From Pristiophorus japonicus (taxonomy: Eukaryota), in NCBI RefSeq assembly GCF_044704955.1, contig NC_091977.1, positions 12,958,001-13,022,000 on the forward strand: DNA of 64,000 nucleotides, in the 5' to 3' direction. The translations under genes and the position numbers were made by a program. The notes under the pieces were generated by a model. The model did no database searches, was not told the origin of the DNA, and saw only the letters and a list, made by a program, of their open reading frames with translations. Each line of letters opens with the position of its first letter. Positions within the stretch are counted from its first letter, which is position 1. Positions 23,311 to 36,654 of the stretch are shown piece after piece.

Positions 23311-25557
23311 TCCAGGACACTGAAAGCTGGGACAATGAAACTGGGCAGAAAGAAGGGGTAGCAGTGGGACAGCATTTTGGTGCAAGTGATCATAATTCAG
23401 TTGGATTTAAGGTAGTTATGGAAAAGGACAAAGATAGACCAGGAGTAAAAGTTCTCAATTGTCGAAAAGCCAATTTTGCTCAGCTGAGATGGGATTTAGC
23501 CAAAGTGGACTGAAAACAGCTACTTGAAGGTAAATTAGTGTCAGAGCAGTGGGAGGCATTCAAGGAGGAGATGCTGGGGGTTCAGAGCAAATATGTTTCT
23601 TAAAGAAAAAGGGTGGGATTAACAAATCTAGAGCCCCTGGATGTCAAGGGACATACAAAGTAGGATAAAGAGAAAAAGGGAGCTTATGACAGATACCAAG
23701 GGCTCATTACTGCAGAAACCCTGGAGGGGTAATTGCAGGGGTGCAATTTAAAAGGATATTAGGAAAGTAAAATCAAGGAAAACCCAAAGATTTTTTATCA
23801 ATACATTAAGAGCAAGAGGGTAACTAGAGAAAGAGTGAGGTCTATTAGCGACCATAAAGGTAATCTGTGTGTGGAGGCAGAAGATGTGGGTTGGGTTCTT
23901 AATGAATACTTTGTGTCAGTTTTCACAAAAGAAAGGGGTGATGCAGACATTGCAATCGGAGGAGTGTGAAATATTAGATGAAATAAGTGTAGTGAGAGAG
24001 AAAGTATTAAGGGCTTAGCAGCTTTGAAAGTGAATAAATCCCCAGGCCTGGATGAAATATATCTCAGGCTATTGAACGAAGCAATAGTGGGAATAGCAGA
24101 GGCTCTGACCATAATTTTCCAAATTTCTAAAGCTACAGGTGTAGGACTGGAGGACTGCTAATGTTGTTCCTTTGTTTAAAAAGGGATAGACCGAGTAATT
24201 ACAGGCCAGTCAGCCTAACCTTGGAGGTGGGAAAATTATTGGAAAAATTCCTGAGGGACAGGATAAATCTTAATTTGGAAAGACGTGGATTAATCAAGGA
24301 CAGCCAGCAGGGATTTGTTAATGGAAGGACGTGTCTGACTAACTTGATTGAATTTTTTGAGGAGGTAACCAGGAGGGTCGATGAGGGCAGTGCGTATAAT
24401 GTAGTGTATATGGATTTTAGCAAGGCTTTTGATAAGGTCCCACATAGCAGACTGGTCACGAAAGTAATAGCCCATGGGATCCAGAGCAAAGTTGCAAGTT
24501 GGATCCAAAATTGGCTCAGAGGAAGGCAGCAAAGGGTAATGGTTGATGGGTGTTTTTGTGACTGGATGGCTGTATCCAATGGGGTTCCGCAGGGCTCAGT
24601 GCTGGGTCCTTTGCTTTTTGTGGTATACATCAATGACTTGGACCCAAATGCTGGGGGTATGATTAAGAAGTTTGCAGATGACACTAAAATAGGCTGTGTG
24701 GTGATTTTGAAGAAGAAAGCTGCGGACTGCAGGAAGATATCAATGTACTGGTCAGGTGGGCAGAACAGTGGCAAATGGAATTTAATCCAGATAAATGTGA
24801 GGTAATGCATCTGGGGAAGTCTAACAAGGAAAGGGAATACACGTTAAATGGTGCGACACTGAAAAGGTCCACAGATCCCTGAAAGTAGCAGGCCAGGTAG
24901 ATAAGGTGGTTAAGAAGGCATATGGAATGCTTGCCTTTATTAGTCGAGGCATGGAATACCACAGCAAGGAGAATGTGCTTGAACTGTATAAAACACGGTT
25001 AGGCCACAGCTGGAGTACTGTATGCAGTTCTGGTCACCACATTACAGGAAGGATGTGATTGCACTGGAAAGGGCGCAGAGGAGATTCACAAGAATGTTGC
25101 CTGGACTGGAGAATTTTGGCTATGAGGAAAGATTGGAGATGCTGGGTCGGTTTTCTTTGGAACAGAGGAGGCTTAGTGGAGACTTGTTGAGGTGTGTAAA
25201 ATTATGAGGGGCCTGGATAGAGTGGATAGGAAGGACTTATTTCCCTTGACAGAGGGGTCAACAACAAGGGGACATAGAATTAAAGTAATTGCGGGGAGGT
25301 TCAGAGGAGATGTGAGGGGAAATTTATTTCTTCACCCAGAGGGTTGTGGGGGTCTGGAACTCAAGGCCTGAAAGGGTGGTAGAGGCAGAAACCCTCACCA
25401 CATACAAAATACTTGGATGTGCGCTTAAAGTGCCGTAACCTACAGGGCTACGAACCTAGAGCTGGAAAGTGGGATTAGGCTGGGTAGCTCTTGGTCGGCC
25501 AGCACAGACACGATGGGCCGAATGGCCTCCTTCCATGCTGTAAATTTCTATAATTAT
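23311..25557 (+). mobile_element. Degraded CR1 ORF2 + 3' UTR
   Basis: [25 protein letters not shown]. Confidence 0.9.
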
Positions 25558-26290
25558 ATGAAGTGTGACGTAATGCATTTAGGAAGGTCAAGGCAAGGGA
25601 ATACACATTAGATGGTGGGACACTGAGAAGTGTAATGGAACAAAGGAACTTTGAAGTGCAGGTCCACAGATCCCTGAAGGTAGCAGGCCAGGTAGATAAG
25701 GTTGTTAAGAAGGCAGACGGAATACTTGCCATTATTAGCCAAGGCATAGAATATAAGAGCAGGGAGGTAATGCTTGAACTGTATAAAACACTAGTTAGGC
25801 CACAGCTAGAGTACTGCGTGCAGTTCAGGTCACCACATTACAGGAAAGATGTGATTGCACTAGAGAGAGTACGGAGGAGATTTACGAGAATGTTGCATGG
25901 ACTGGAGAATTTAAGCTATGAGGAAAGATTGGATAAGTTGGGTTTGTTTTCTTTGGAACAGAGGACGCTGAGGGGGGACCTTATTGAGATGTAAAAAATT
26001 ATGGGGGGTTGATAGAGTGGATAGGAAGGATCTATTTCCCTTAGCAGAGGGGTCAACAACCAGGGGCATGGATTTAAATCATTGCGGGGAGGTTTAGAGG
26101 AGATAGCAGGGGAAATGCCTTCAGCCAGAAGGTGGTGGGTGTGTGAAGCTCACTGCCTGAAAGGGTGGTCGGGGCAAAAACCCTCACCACGTTTAAAAAG
26201 TACTTGGATGTGCACTTGAAGAGCTGTAACCTACAGGGCTGTGGACCTAAGGCTGGATTAGGCTGGATAGGTCTTTGTGGGCCAGTGCTA
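25558..26290 (+). mobile_element. CR1 3' fragment
   Basis: LVRPQLEYCVQF...RRFTRML. Confidence 0.88.
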
Positions 26291-27166
26291 TCCTGTCGCT
26301 AAGGTCATTGACCTGAAAGGTTAGCTCTGTTTCTCTATCCACAGATGCTAGGGACAAAGAAATGGCAGACCAGTTGCACAAATACTTTAGTTCTGTCTTC
26401 ACAAAGGAAGACACAAATAACCTTCCGGAAATACTAGGGGATCAAGGATCTAGTGAGAAGGAGGAACTGAAGGAAATCCTTATTAGGCGTGAAATTGTGT
26501 TAAGGAAATTGAGGGGATTGAAGGCCAATAAATCCTCGGGGCCTGATAGTCTGCATCCCAGAGTACTTAAGAAAGTGGCCATAGAAATAGTGGATGCATT
26601 GGTGATCATTTTTCAATAGTCTATCGACGCTGAATCAGTTCCTATGGACTGGAGGGTAGCTAATATAACACCACTTTTAAAAAAAGGAGGGAGAGAGAAA
26701 ACAGTTAATTATGGACCAGTTAGCCTCACATCAGTAGTGGGGAAAATATTGGAATCAATTATTAAAGATGAAATAGCAGCACATTTGGAAAGCAGTGACA
26801 GGATCGGTCCAAGTCAGCATGGATTTATGAAAGGGAAATTATGCATGCAGTGCAAAATGAAAGCACATGGTATCGGGGGTAATTTGCTGATGTGGATAGA
26901 GAACTGGTTGGCAGACAGGAAGCAGAGAGTCGGGATAAACGGGTCCTTATCAGAATGGCAGGCAGTGACTTAGTGGGGTGCCGCAGGGCTCAGTGCTGGG
27001 ACTGTAGCTATTTACAATCTACATCAATGATTTGACGAAGAAATTGAATGTAATATTTCCAGGTTTGCAGATGACACTAAGCTGGGTGGCAGCGTGAGCT
27101 GTGAGGAGGATGCTAAGAGGCTGCAGGGTGACTTGGGACAGGTTACGTGAGTGGGCAAATGAATGG

Positions 27167-28310
27167 TGCAGAGAGCAAAATTCACCAGAACCGCCCCTCC
27201 CCCCACCCCCCCCCCCCCCCCCCCCCCACCGTGTTTGGGCTCATTCAAAAGGAAATTTAATTTGGGACTATCTACCGAAAAGTTTGGAACTCTAAAGTGC
27301 TTATGGAAGAAACTAGAAACTTTAATAGAATTATGAACTTTTACAAGACAAATTCAAGCCTGTGGGCAGACCTAGGGAACAAAAGAAGCCCACTTGATTT
27401 TTGGAACTGTCTGGGTGTGAGGACTGAGTTAATCTATCTGGAAGAATGAGGATTTGAAAATCTTCCTCTACAAGAGACATTACCATCACAGTATCACCCA
27501 GAGATAGCACCCCATCAACATGGATTGAGACAAACCATTTCAGCATATACATCACAAAGAGGCCCAATCCAGCCTCTATGCAAAAGACTTAGCACAAAAG
27601 GACATTGCAATTACCAAACTAATATTTCCATCAGGAAACAGTTTTCGAACATCAACCCACCCAAGACATATCAACTTTAACGAGCCTGACAAAATATTAC
27701 AAAGAAAAACCAAGCCCGCCAAAATTATACAAAGGATTGTGAACAGATTGGGCGGCAAGATCAGAACACTGAAATCGTACAACTGGCCACTGTTTTCAAC
27801 AGAGAGAGAGAGAGGAGAAGAGAGAGAGAGACGAGAGACAGGAGAGACTCTCCAGCCTTGAAATCCTGAAGGAAGGAAGAACATTACCATCTACCATTAA
27901 CTATCAAAAGGATTGGTAAGCATAGTCCCTACCTGCCCTGGAGTCTAACCTATCTAGAATTAGGTATTGGGAGGTGAGAGGTATAATTTTACTGAAAACC
28001 TCTTTGAATGTGTAGTGCATGGTACTTTATTAGAGTGATTATAAGTTTGACCTTGTACCTTTCCTTGTATTGTTCTTAGTCAGAGTGATTGTAAGTTTGG
28101 CCGTGTATTTTCTTAAGCCTGTATTACTTTGACTGTAATAAAAACAAAGTTCTTTGCATCAAACCAGTGTCCTCTGCACTTATGTCACACCCCCCAAATA
28201 AATCCAGAGTACAGAACCCAAGGGAGGGGGAGCGATTCGAAACTGCTCAAGTTGGTCAGAAGGGAACCTGACCCCCTCATAGAGACCACAACACCTCCCA
28301 CCCCCTTACA
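27167..28310 (+). mobile_element. ERV-B 5' LTR (1144 bp)
   Basis: TG...CA, matches 39444-41551; contains poly-C and GA tracts; AATAAA ~28137. Confidence 0.95.
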
Positions 28311-28313
28311 AAA

Positions 28314-28331
28314 TGGCGACCACGGCAGGAC
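28314..28331 (+). promoter_or_regulatory. Primer-binding site, tRNA-Arg-like
   Basis: TGGCGACCACGGCAGGAC, 3 nt after the LTR; near-complementary to the vertebrate tRNA-Arg(TCG) 3' end as recalled. Confidence 0.75.
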
Positions 28332-28384
28332 TCTGGTACACGTTGTGTGATGTGGAGAGCGCTGGTTTGGGGCAAAGAACCTAA

Positions 28385-30134
28385 ATGGAGGAGAGGATTT
28401 CCTTCTATGTGTATAAGAAAGTGAATGTAATTAAGGAATGGGTGCTTAGTCTATTGCGTGCTGAGCGTCCGGCTGACGCTGCAGCCCAGTGGACAGCAAG
28501 TAAAGATCACAAAGAAGCAGTAGAGAAGGCAATTTGGTTGGTCCGTTTACAGCGACAGGTCCAACTGCTAGACAGAATGAATGAAACGTAACAGGCAGAG
28601 TTATGGGAATGCGCAGAGAACTATCAGGAAAGGGTTATGTCAGAAGAAAGATTATCAGGGGAACTCCCGAAGCTAAAACAGGAAAAGACCCAAATAATGG
28701 AAAGGTTCAAAAACAGTCAGGACTATTTTCAATATCCGAGGTTACCGAGGCCAAAAGTAACGAAAAGTCACTGAGGGAGGAAAGCACTCGCCTCACCCGA
28801 CAAGTAAAGAGCTCCAGGAAAGATTAAAAGATGTGCAAGCAGTGTATAAAGTCGCTAGCACTAATGGGTTTGAATCGGGAGACCACGGTCCCTGCCAGCA
28901 ACAAATTAAAACCTTGCTCTGTCCAAGGCAAACGGCATGGTATGCCTAGTAAGCCCGGGTACGCCCCAGGTAAACCTGGAAGAGAAGGAGGAAACTTCCC
29001 GGCCACCACCTGTGGCACCGGTGACTACACCGGTTCAGTAGCAGGAGACAAATCAGTTGTGGGGCGGACAGGGATAGTGAACCACCACCACCTGTGGCAT
29101 CGAGTTTCAGCTCGGCTTGGCTGCAGGGAAGAGAGGGAGGCGAGCCAGAACAGGGAGAGCCGGAACCAGGGCCAATGTGCCCGGTCCGGCAACAGAAGTT
29201 TGGCCCGCCCACCTCTGGCGGGGGTCAAGGGCCCCTGGAAAGTCAGTGTGTGGTTCCCCCACACTCCCCACCAGCTTAGGGCTATGATAAGCCACCTGGG
29301 AAAGCTCACTCCAAAGGGAGACCCCTCGGTTCACTTTGTGGAAGTGGAACAGGCAGGGGATATTAATGGGTGCGATGAATCAGAAATGGCAAAGATGCTT
29401 CTCCTATCCCTAGATAGCAAACTGTACCAGTCCCTCTCTACTGAGGGCAAAAGAAAACACTTGCTGCCATCCAAAAGGACATTTTAGAAGCTATGGGCTG
29501 CAATGACGGGAGTCCTTTCTCTAGAGTAGAGAAAACGGTGCAGTTCACAGGGGAAACCCCACAGGCTTTCACAGACCGACTGTGGCCGGTGTACAAAAGC
29601 ACCTGTAGTGGGGACATCGACCGAGATCACTTAAACCCGGACGAATTAGCACACTGGCTCCGAAGCCTAGTCGCGAACAGTTTACCCAGAATAAGAACTA
29701 AGGCTGAGGCCTGGTTCGACCCCAGAGATCCCCAAGCCACAGAACAGGGAGTGCTTAGGCAACTGACCCGAGCTTACAGAAAGGGCAGAGGGACAGAAGA
29801 GCACCCACAAAAGGGAAGGGTTCACGAAATCCGGCCTAACCAAGATAAGAGGGAATGGTGCTACGAGGGGGGCAACCCCTCCGATACAAAACGTACCTGC
29901 TTCGGGTACGGAAAGAGTGGGCACTGGAGAAGGGATTGTAGAAATCCATGGAAGAATAGCGCAGGAAATAATTCTCCAGCCCCTGCCCAAAAGACCGAGA
30001 CAGATAAGCCAGTCCCTCCCCACTCGTTTAAGACCTTTTTAACTGCGCGCCGAGCCATGTTAGATGGCCCTGGAAAGGTAGCCACCACCACCAGTACCGA
30101 GATCCCATCTGCCCCCTCCCAACCAAAACCGTGA
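28385..30134 (+). pseudogene. gag: ERV-B gag (frameshifted)
   Basis: Coiled-coil-like N-terminus; capsid-like QFTGETPQAFTDRL; zinc knuckle CFGYGKSGHWRRDC (second Cys mutated to Tyr). Confidence 0.85.
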
Positions 30135-33100
30135 CTAGGACAGGCACAGCCCGTCCACCTGTGTGCTCTCGAGTATGATATGTGGGGGAGACCGACCGTA
30201 CAGATGGAGGTGGAAAAGGTGAAAGGGACTTACTTGCTGGACACCGGAGCCTCAAGCACCCTTGTCTATGCAGCTAACCCTGCCACCTCACCTCTGTCTA
30301 ACGGGGGTCCCCTACAGCTTGGTGGGTTTCACAGGCACTGAACAGACTGGCTCATTCTCCGTTCCACTCTCCATTCATTTAGGTACACTCCACACTAAGT
30401 GGACTTGTGTCCTGATGAAGTGGGAGCAGGAAGGGAGAGGGATCCTGGGGGCTGACTTCATCCTGGGCCACGGGCTCCTAGTGGATTTAAGAAACCACTG
30501 TCTTTGGGGGTCAGTCTGTACGGGACAGGAGAGTGAGGTGATGGTTATCCCAGGAAAACAGGGAAAAGGGACGGTGTGCACCATGAAATCAAAGGAGGGT
30601 TACGACCTTGAATCACTGGTCAGTAACACCTCTGTGGAATATCAAGAATATGTGAGGAAAAACCTTGCAGCTTTTGCCACTCACAAACACGACTGTGGGA
30701 GAATAAATGGGGTCGAGGTTAGTATAGATGGGGACCCCATGACCTGACCACAGAAACAGGACAACTTCCCCAGGGAGGCGGAGGCAGACATGGAAACAGC
30801 CTTGGGTTCTTTAATTAAACAGGGGGTATTGAAACCAACAGCTAACCATGTCAATCTCTGTTGTGGCCAGTTAAGAAGCCGGACAACTCCTGGAGAGCCA
30901 TGGTGGACTATCGAGTACTCAACCGTAACATCCCCGCCTGTGCACCCACTGTTGCTGCTGTCGCTGACCTCATTGGAAGTATCCCAGCCTCCGTGACCAC
31001 CTTCACGGTGCTGGATATTTCCAACGGGTTCTGGTCCATACCTTTAAGAAGGGTAGATCAGTATAATGGGGAACAAAGAAATGGCAGACTAATTGAACAA
31101 ATACTTCAGTTCTGTCTTCACGAAGGAAGATACAAATAACCTTCCGAAGGTACTAGGGGACAGTGGGTCTAGTGAGAAGGAGGAACTGAAGGATATCCTT
31201 ATTACGCGGGAAATTGTGTTAGGGAAATTGATGGGATTGAAGGCCGATAAATCCCCGGGGCCTGATAGTCTGCATCCCAGAGTGCTCAAGGAAGTGGCCC
31301 TAGAAATAGTGGATGCATTGGTGATCATTTTCCAACAGTCTATCGAATCTGGATCAGTTCCCATGGACTGGAGGGTAGCTAATGTAACACCACTTTTTAA
31401 AAAAGGAGGGAGAGAGAAAACGAGTAATTATCGACCGGTTAGCTTGACATCAGTAGTGGGGAAAATGTTGGAATCGATCATGAAGGATGAAATAGCAGCG
31501 CATTTGGAAAGCAGTGACAGGATCGGTCCAAGTCAACATGGATTTATGAAAGGGAAATCATGCTTGACGAATCTTCTGGAATTGTTTAAGGATATAACTA
31601 ACAGAGTGGACAAGGGAGAACCAGTGGATGTGGTGTATTTGGACTTTCAGAAGGCTTTTGACAAGGTCCCGCACAAGAGATTTTTGTGCAAAATCAAAGC
31701 ACATGGTATTGGGGGTAATATACTGATGTGGATAGGGATCTGGTTGGCAGACAGGAAGCAGAGAGTCGGGATAAATGGGTCCTTTTCAGAATGGCAGGCA
31801 GTGACTAGTGGAGTGCTGCAGGGCTCAATGCTGGGACCCCAGCTCTTTACAATATACATCAATGATTTGGATGAAGGGATAGAGTGTAATATATCCAAGT
31901 TTGCAGATGACACTAAACTGGGTGGCGGTGTGAGGAGGACGCTAAGAGGCTGCAGGGTGACTTGGACAGGTTAGGTGAGTGGGCAAATGCATGGCAGATG
32001 CAGTATAATGTGGATAAATATGAGGTTATCCATTTTGTGGGCAAAAACACGAAGGCAGAATATTATCTGAATGGCGGCAGACTAGGAAAAGGGGAGGTGC
32101 AATGAGACCTGGGTGTCATGGTTCATCAATCACTGAAAGTGGGCATACAGGTACAGCAGGCGGTAAAGAAGGCAAATGGTATGTTGGCCTTCATAGCTGG
32201 GGGATTTGAATATAGGAGCAGGGAAGTCTTACTGTAGTTGTACAGGGCCTTGGTGAGGCCTCACCTGGAATATTGTGTTCAGTTTTGGTCTCCTACTCTG
32301 AGGAAGGACGTTCTTGCTATTGAGAGAGTGCAGCGAAGGTTCACCAGACTGATTCCAGGGATGGCTGGGCTGTAATACGAGGAGAGACTGGATCAACTGG
32401 GCCTTTATTCACTGGAGTTTAGAAGGATAAGAGGGGATCTCATAGAAACATATAAGATTCTGACGGGACGGGACAGGTTAGATGCGGGAAGAATGTTCCC
32501 GATGTTGGAGAAGTCCAGAACCAGAGGACTTAGTCTTAGGATAAGGGGTAGGCCTTTTGGACTGAGATGAGGAGAAACTTCTTCACTCAGATAGTTGTTA
32601 ACCTGTGGAATTCCCTGCCGCAGAGAGTTGTTGATGCCAGTTCACTGGACATATTCAAGAGGGAGTTAGATATGGCCCTTACGGTTAAGGGGATCAAGGT
32701 GTATGGAGAGAAAGCAGGAAAGGGGTACTGAGGGAATGATCAGCCATGATCTTATTGAATGGTGGAGCAGGCTCGAAGGGCCGAATAGCCTACTCCTGCA
32801 CCTATTTTCTATGTTTCTATGTTTCTATGTTACCTTTAAAGGACAGCAATACACTTGGAACTGTCTCCCTCAGGGCTTCCATAACAGCCCCAGTATTTTC
32901 CATCAGTGTATGGCCAACTGTTTAAAGAGTTTCAGCAGACCCCAGAAATTAGTACAGTATGTGGATGACCTGCTCCTGTTCACCGATCAGGGGGAGGAGC
33001 ATGGCCCACTGCTGGCTGAACTGCTGGAGCTGATGAAAGTAGAGGGATTTAAAGTAAACCCCAAGAAGGCACAGATCGGCCTGAAGGAAGTAAAATTCCT

Positions 33101-36100
33101 GGGATTGGCTGTGCGCGTTGGGGAAAGAGCCATAGAAGGGAAGCAGTGCAGAAGTTACCCGCCCTCAACACAGTAACAGGAGTAAGATCTTTTCTAGGGC
33201 TAACCGGGTACTGCAGAGACTTCACTGAGGATTATGCAGCCACCGCAGCCCCTCTGCTCCGACTCCTACACAAGGGAGTGGAGTGGGAATGGGACAAAGG
33301 TTGCGAGGCAGCATTTATCCAACTCAAGAAAGACCTGCAGACCGCTCCAGCTCTAGGGGCCATCGATGGAGGTAAGGAGTTTTTCCTGGAGGTAGCAGCC
33401 AGTGGGGACAGCCTGAGTGCAGTACTGCTCCAAGAGCAGCACGGCCGGCTGAGACCAGTGGTCTACTCCTCCAGGATATTCATGGACGTAGAGAAGGGAT
33501 ACTCCAACTGTGAGCGGCACCTCCTAGCCACTCACTGGGCTGTGAAAAGATCACTGATCTTCACAGGGGGGGTCCTCTATCACACTCCTTACCCACCATA
33601 CGCCCACCAAAATGCTCCTGGATGGGAGAATTAAGGACGGGACAGTGAGCAGTGCCCGCATTGCTCGCTGGACCCTGCTCCTCTCTCAAATGGACCTAAG
33701 GGTAAAGGGTCTCTGCGAGCCAAGACTCACAGCCAACCTGATTTATCCAGGGACAGCCCACCAGTGTTCCGTAGAAGGGGTATGGGAAGTTAACATAGGC
33801 TTTCGGGCTGGGTTACACCGCAGAGGCCGAGAGATCTATGTGGACAGTTACACCCCACAGGCCAAGAGATCTATGTGGACAGTTCAAGCACAGTATCTGC
33901 GGGTGAACGACTGACAGGCTGTGGAGTTTACGACCCCGAGGCAGGCATTGCCCTGGCGATTAAACTCCACAGTACTATGAGCGCCCAGCATGATGAACTG
34001 TCTGCGGTGGTGTATGTAGTCACACACCCCGAAGAATTCCCTAGCCCATACACGATTTGCTCGGACAGTATGTTCACATGCAATTCATGTACGGAGTACC
34101 AGGCTATCTGGTCCCGCCGCGGATACACATCCACAGACGGGAGACCACTGGCCATTAAGCCCCTACTGGAAAAGATCATGAAAGCTGTAGGGGAAGAAGG
34201 GAATATCTACATACATAAGGTGAAGGCACATTCCACCACAGAACTCCGTAGCGAGGGAAACCAGCAGGCTGACATATTAGCCAAGCAGGGGGCCCGCACG
34301 GGCAAGCTCTGGGATCCGTACAACCCAGGATCTATCGCAGCAGTCAGGGGCAGGATTGGGACGGCAGGGAAGACAGAGATAGCTTTGCCCCTGGACCTAA
34401 AAATGGTCCAGACCCAAGACCCCGTCCTCAAAACTCTCCTGAACATGCCAGCTAAAGGGGAAAGGATAGACGGCTCGTATGGCACCGCAGCAATTTCTAT
34501 TAAAGAAGGCATGCTGTTCAGGGGGGAGCAATGGGTAGTATCACAACAACACCGAGAGAATTCCTCCAGCTGGCCCACGAGGTCCAGGAGCAGGACACCC
34601 CGGACCTGTGACCACTTGGCAACGAGTGGAACAGGCAGGGTGGTGGCCAGGACTCAGGGAAGACGTCCGCGAGTTCTGTGCTAGCTGTCTGGTGTGCGCG
34701 GCTAACAACCCCGACCCCCAGAAAAGGAAGGTGTCCATGGGACATATCAGGAGGGTAGACGGACCCTGGGAGTCGATCCAGATCGATTACATCGGGCCCC
34801 TACCCACTGCCCAGGGAGGTTATAAGTACTGCCTAGTATTAGTGGATGTATTCACCAAATGTGAAGCCTTCCCATGCCAAACAGCCACTACCCTGGGAAC
34901 AGCTAGGATCCTGGTCAGAGAAGTGTTCTCTTGATGGAGACGACCACAATACGTGGAGTCCGACCAAGGGTGCCACTTCATCGGGCAGGTGATGCAGGAG
35001 ACCCTTAAGGTACTCGGCATCAAAGGAAAATGGCATGTCGCCCACAACCCACAGTCATCCGGGCCTGTGGAGCGTTTAAACCATACCATCAAAGAAAGGC
35101 TGCGCAAAGAGACAGGGGACTCACCCAAAGTGTGTAGAGGTCCTACCACTAGTCCTCATGGGGATCCGGGCCAGCCAGGCAAAGAGCAGGGGTACTCCCT
35201 GTACGAGCTCATGACCGGCAGAGCCATGCGAACCCCCACCCATGTGTTAGCCCCGGTACTCACAGAAGGTCAGCTTAGGGAAGTGAACCGGGACAGCTTT
35301 GTCAGGAATCTGTTTGAACACCTTAAACAGATTCACTGGCAGGCTGCTAACAACATGGGAAAACAGCATCGGAGCAACTGACTGCTGCTAGAACCCCGCA
35401 AACACCACGAGTGGGAGATAGGGGACCAGGTTATGGTGAGGAACTACGCTAGAGTAGGGGTCTTTGAGACACTGTACATGGGACCGTACCACATTGTAGA
35501 CAAGGCAAGCCCAATGGTCTATACCATAAAAATTGCCCCGCTGAGCAAAGTGGTTCCACATAAATCAGTGCAAACTTTTCAACCCAGGGGCAGCAGCTAA
35601 ACGTAAGGGACAGCCAAAAACTGTAAACCGTGCTAAAGACAGGGACCCCCAGCCAATGACCCCCGACTGTGGAAATCCCACAGGAGACGTGTCAGACCCA
35701 CAGAGTGTACCTAGAGAGGCGGTGGACTGTGTTACTGGAGGAGCTGTCCCCCCAATCATTTGGGACTCGGACATACCCCCAGGAGCCGGAGCTTTAAGAA
35801 GGACTCCCCGCACACCATGGCCAAACACACGGTGGTCACCAGCACTCCAATTTGAATGGTTCAGCCCCGGGACAGGGACCAGCCACAAAAGGGCACCTAA
35901 GGTCAGAGACCAGCCCACGAGCAGGGACACCCAGCCGGTAGCCTCGGGCAACAAGGGACCCCCAGAAGAGATAGCGGTGGACCAGCCACAAAGTGGGAGT
36001 CCCCAGCCTGTAGCCCTCGACCAGGCAAAACCCCCAGGGGAAGAAATGAACCAGGCAGCCACCCCCAGAGGAGGGGACGTTCCCCCGATAGTGTGGGACT

Positions 36101-36210
36101 CAAACCCACGTCCGGTCAGGGTACTTAGGGTTAGACGGTGCAGACCGACCTATCACCTACCTCGCTGGACACCCAGCGGGAGAAGAAGAAAGAGAGAAGG
36201 CAGGAATTAA
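30135..36210 (+). pseudogene. pol: ERV-B pro-pol (protease, RT, tether RNase H, second RNase H, integrase with long tail)
   Basis: LLDTGAS (D at 30240); VLDISNGFWSIPL; LPQGFHNSP; QYVDDLL (32958); YSNCERHLLA; IYVD...SAQHDEL...ICSDS...KVKAH...GNQQAD; WWPGL...CASCLVC; IQIDYIGPLP; ESDQG; MGPY. Confidence 0.93.
31062..32829 (+). mobile_element. CR1 inserted into ERV-B RT
   Basis: Splits DQY|...|TFKGQQYTW; ends in (TTTCTATG)n. Confidence 0.95.
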
Positions 36211-36654
36211 CCTGGCCACCCGGAGACGGGTGGCAGATGTACATATATAGCGATGTGAATTTAAGGATATTTAGCAATATGAATTTAAGTATGTTTAGTG
36301 AATAAGTTTAGAATAGTGTAAGATTTATCTGTGTAATGATAAGTATATATGTATTAGTAACTGGGGTCAGGGAAAGAATCTACCTGTGCAGCTGTTAAAA
36401 GAGGCACAGGCCGGGTAACACCCGGGAGTAAGAAGAATCTACCGGTATGGCTACTAAGGAAGCACCGGTGAGATAACAAGCAGAATGACTGTGAGATAAA
36501 GTTAAAAGCAATCAGTCCACAAGGAACTGAATAAGACAGCCAGTCAGTTAAAGACTACGAGCCCAACTTGGAACTCAGTCACCTTTGTCAAGCCAGAGGG
36601 CTTTCTCAGGGTTAGACAATCTGTTTCATGTGCCCCTACAGGAGGAAGAGCAGT

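Noticed and set aside
32703-33176. ORF with novel N-terminus on retroviral RT
   Set aside because: The N-terminus is translated CR1 3' UTR from the nested insertion.
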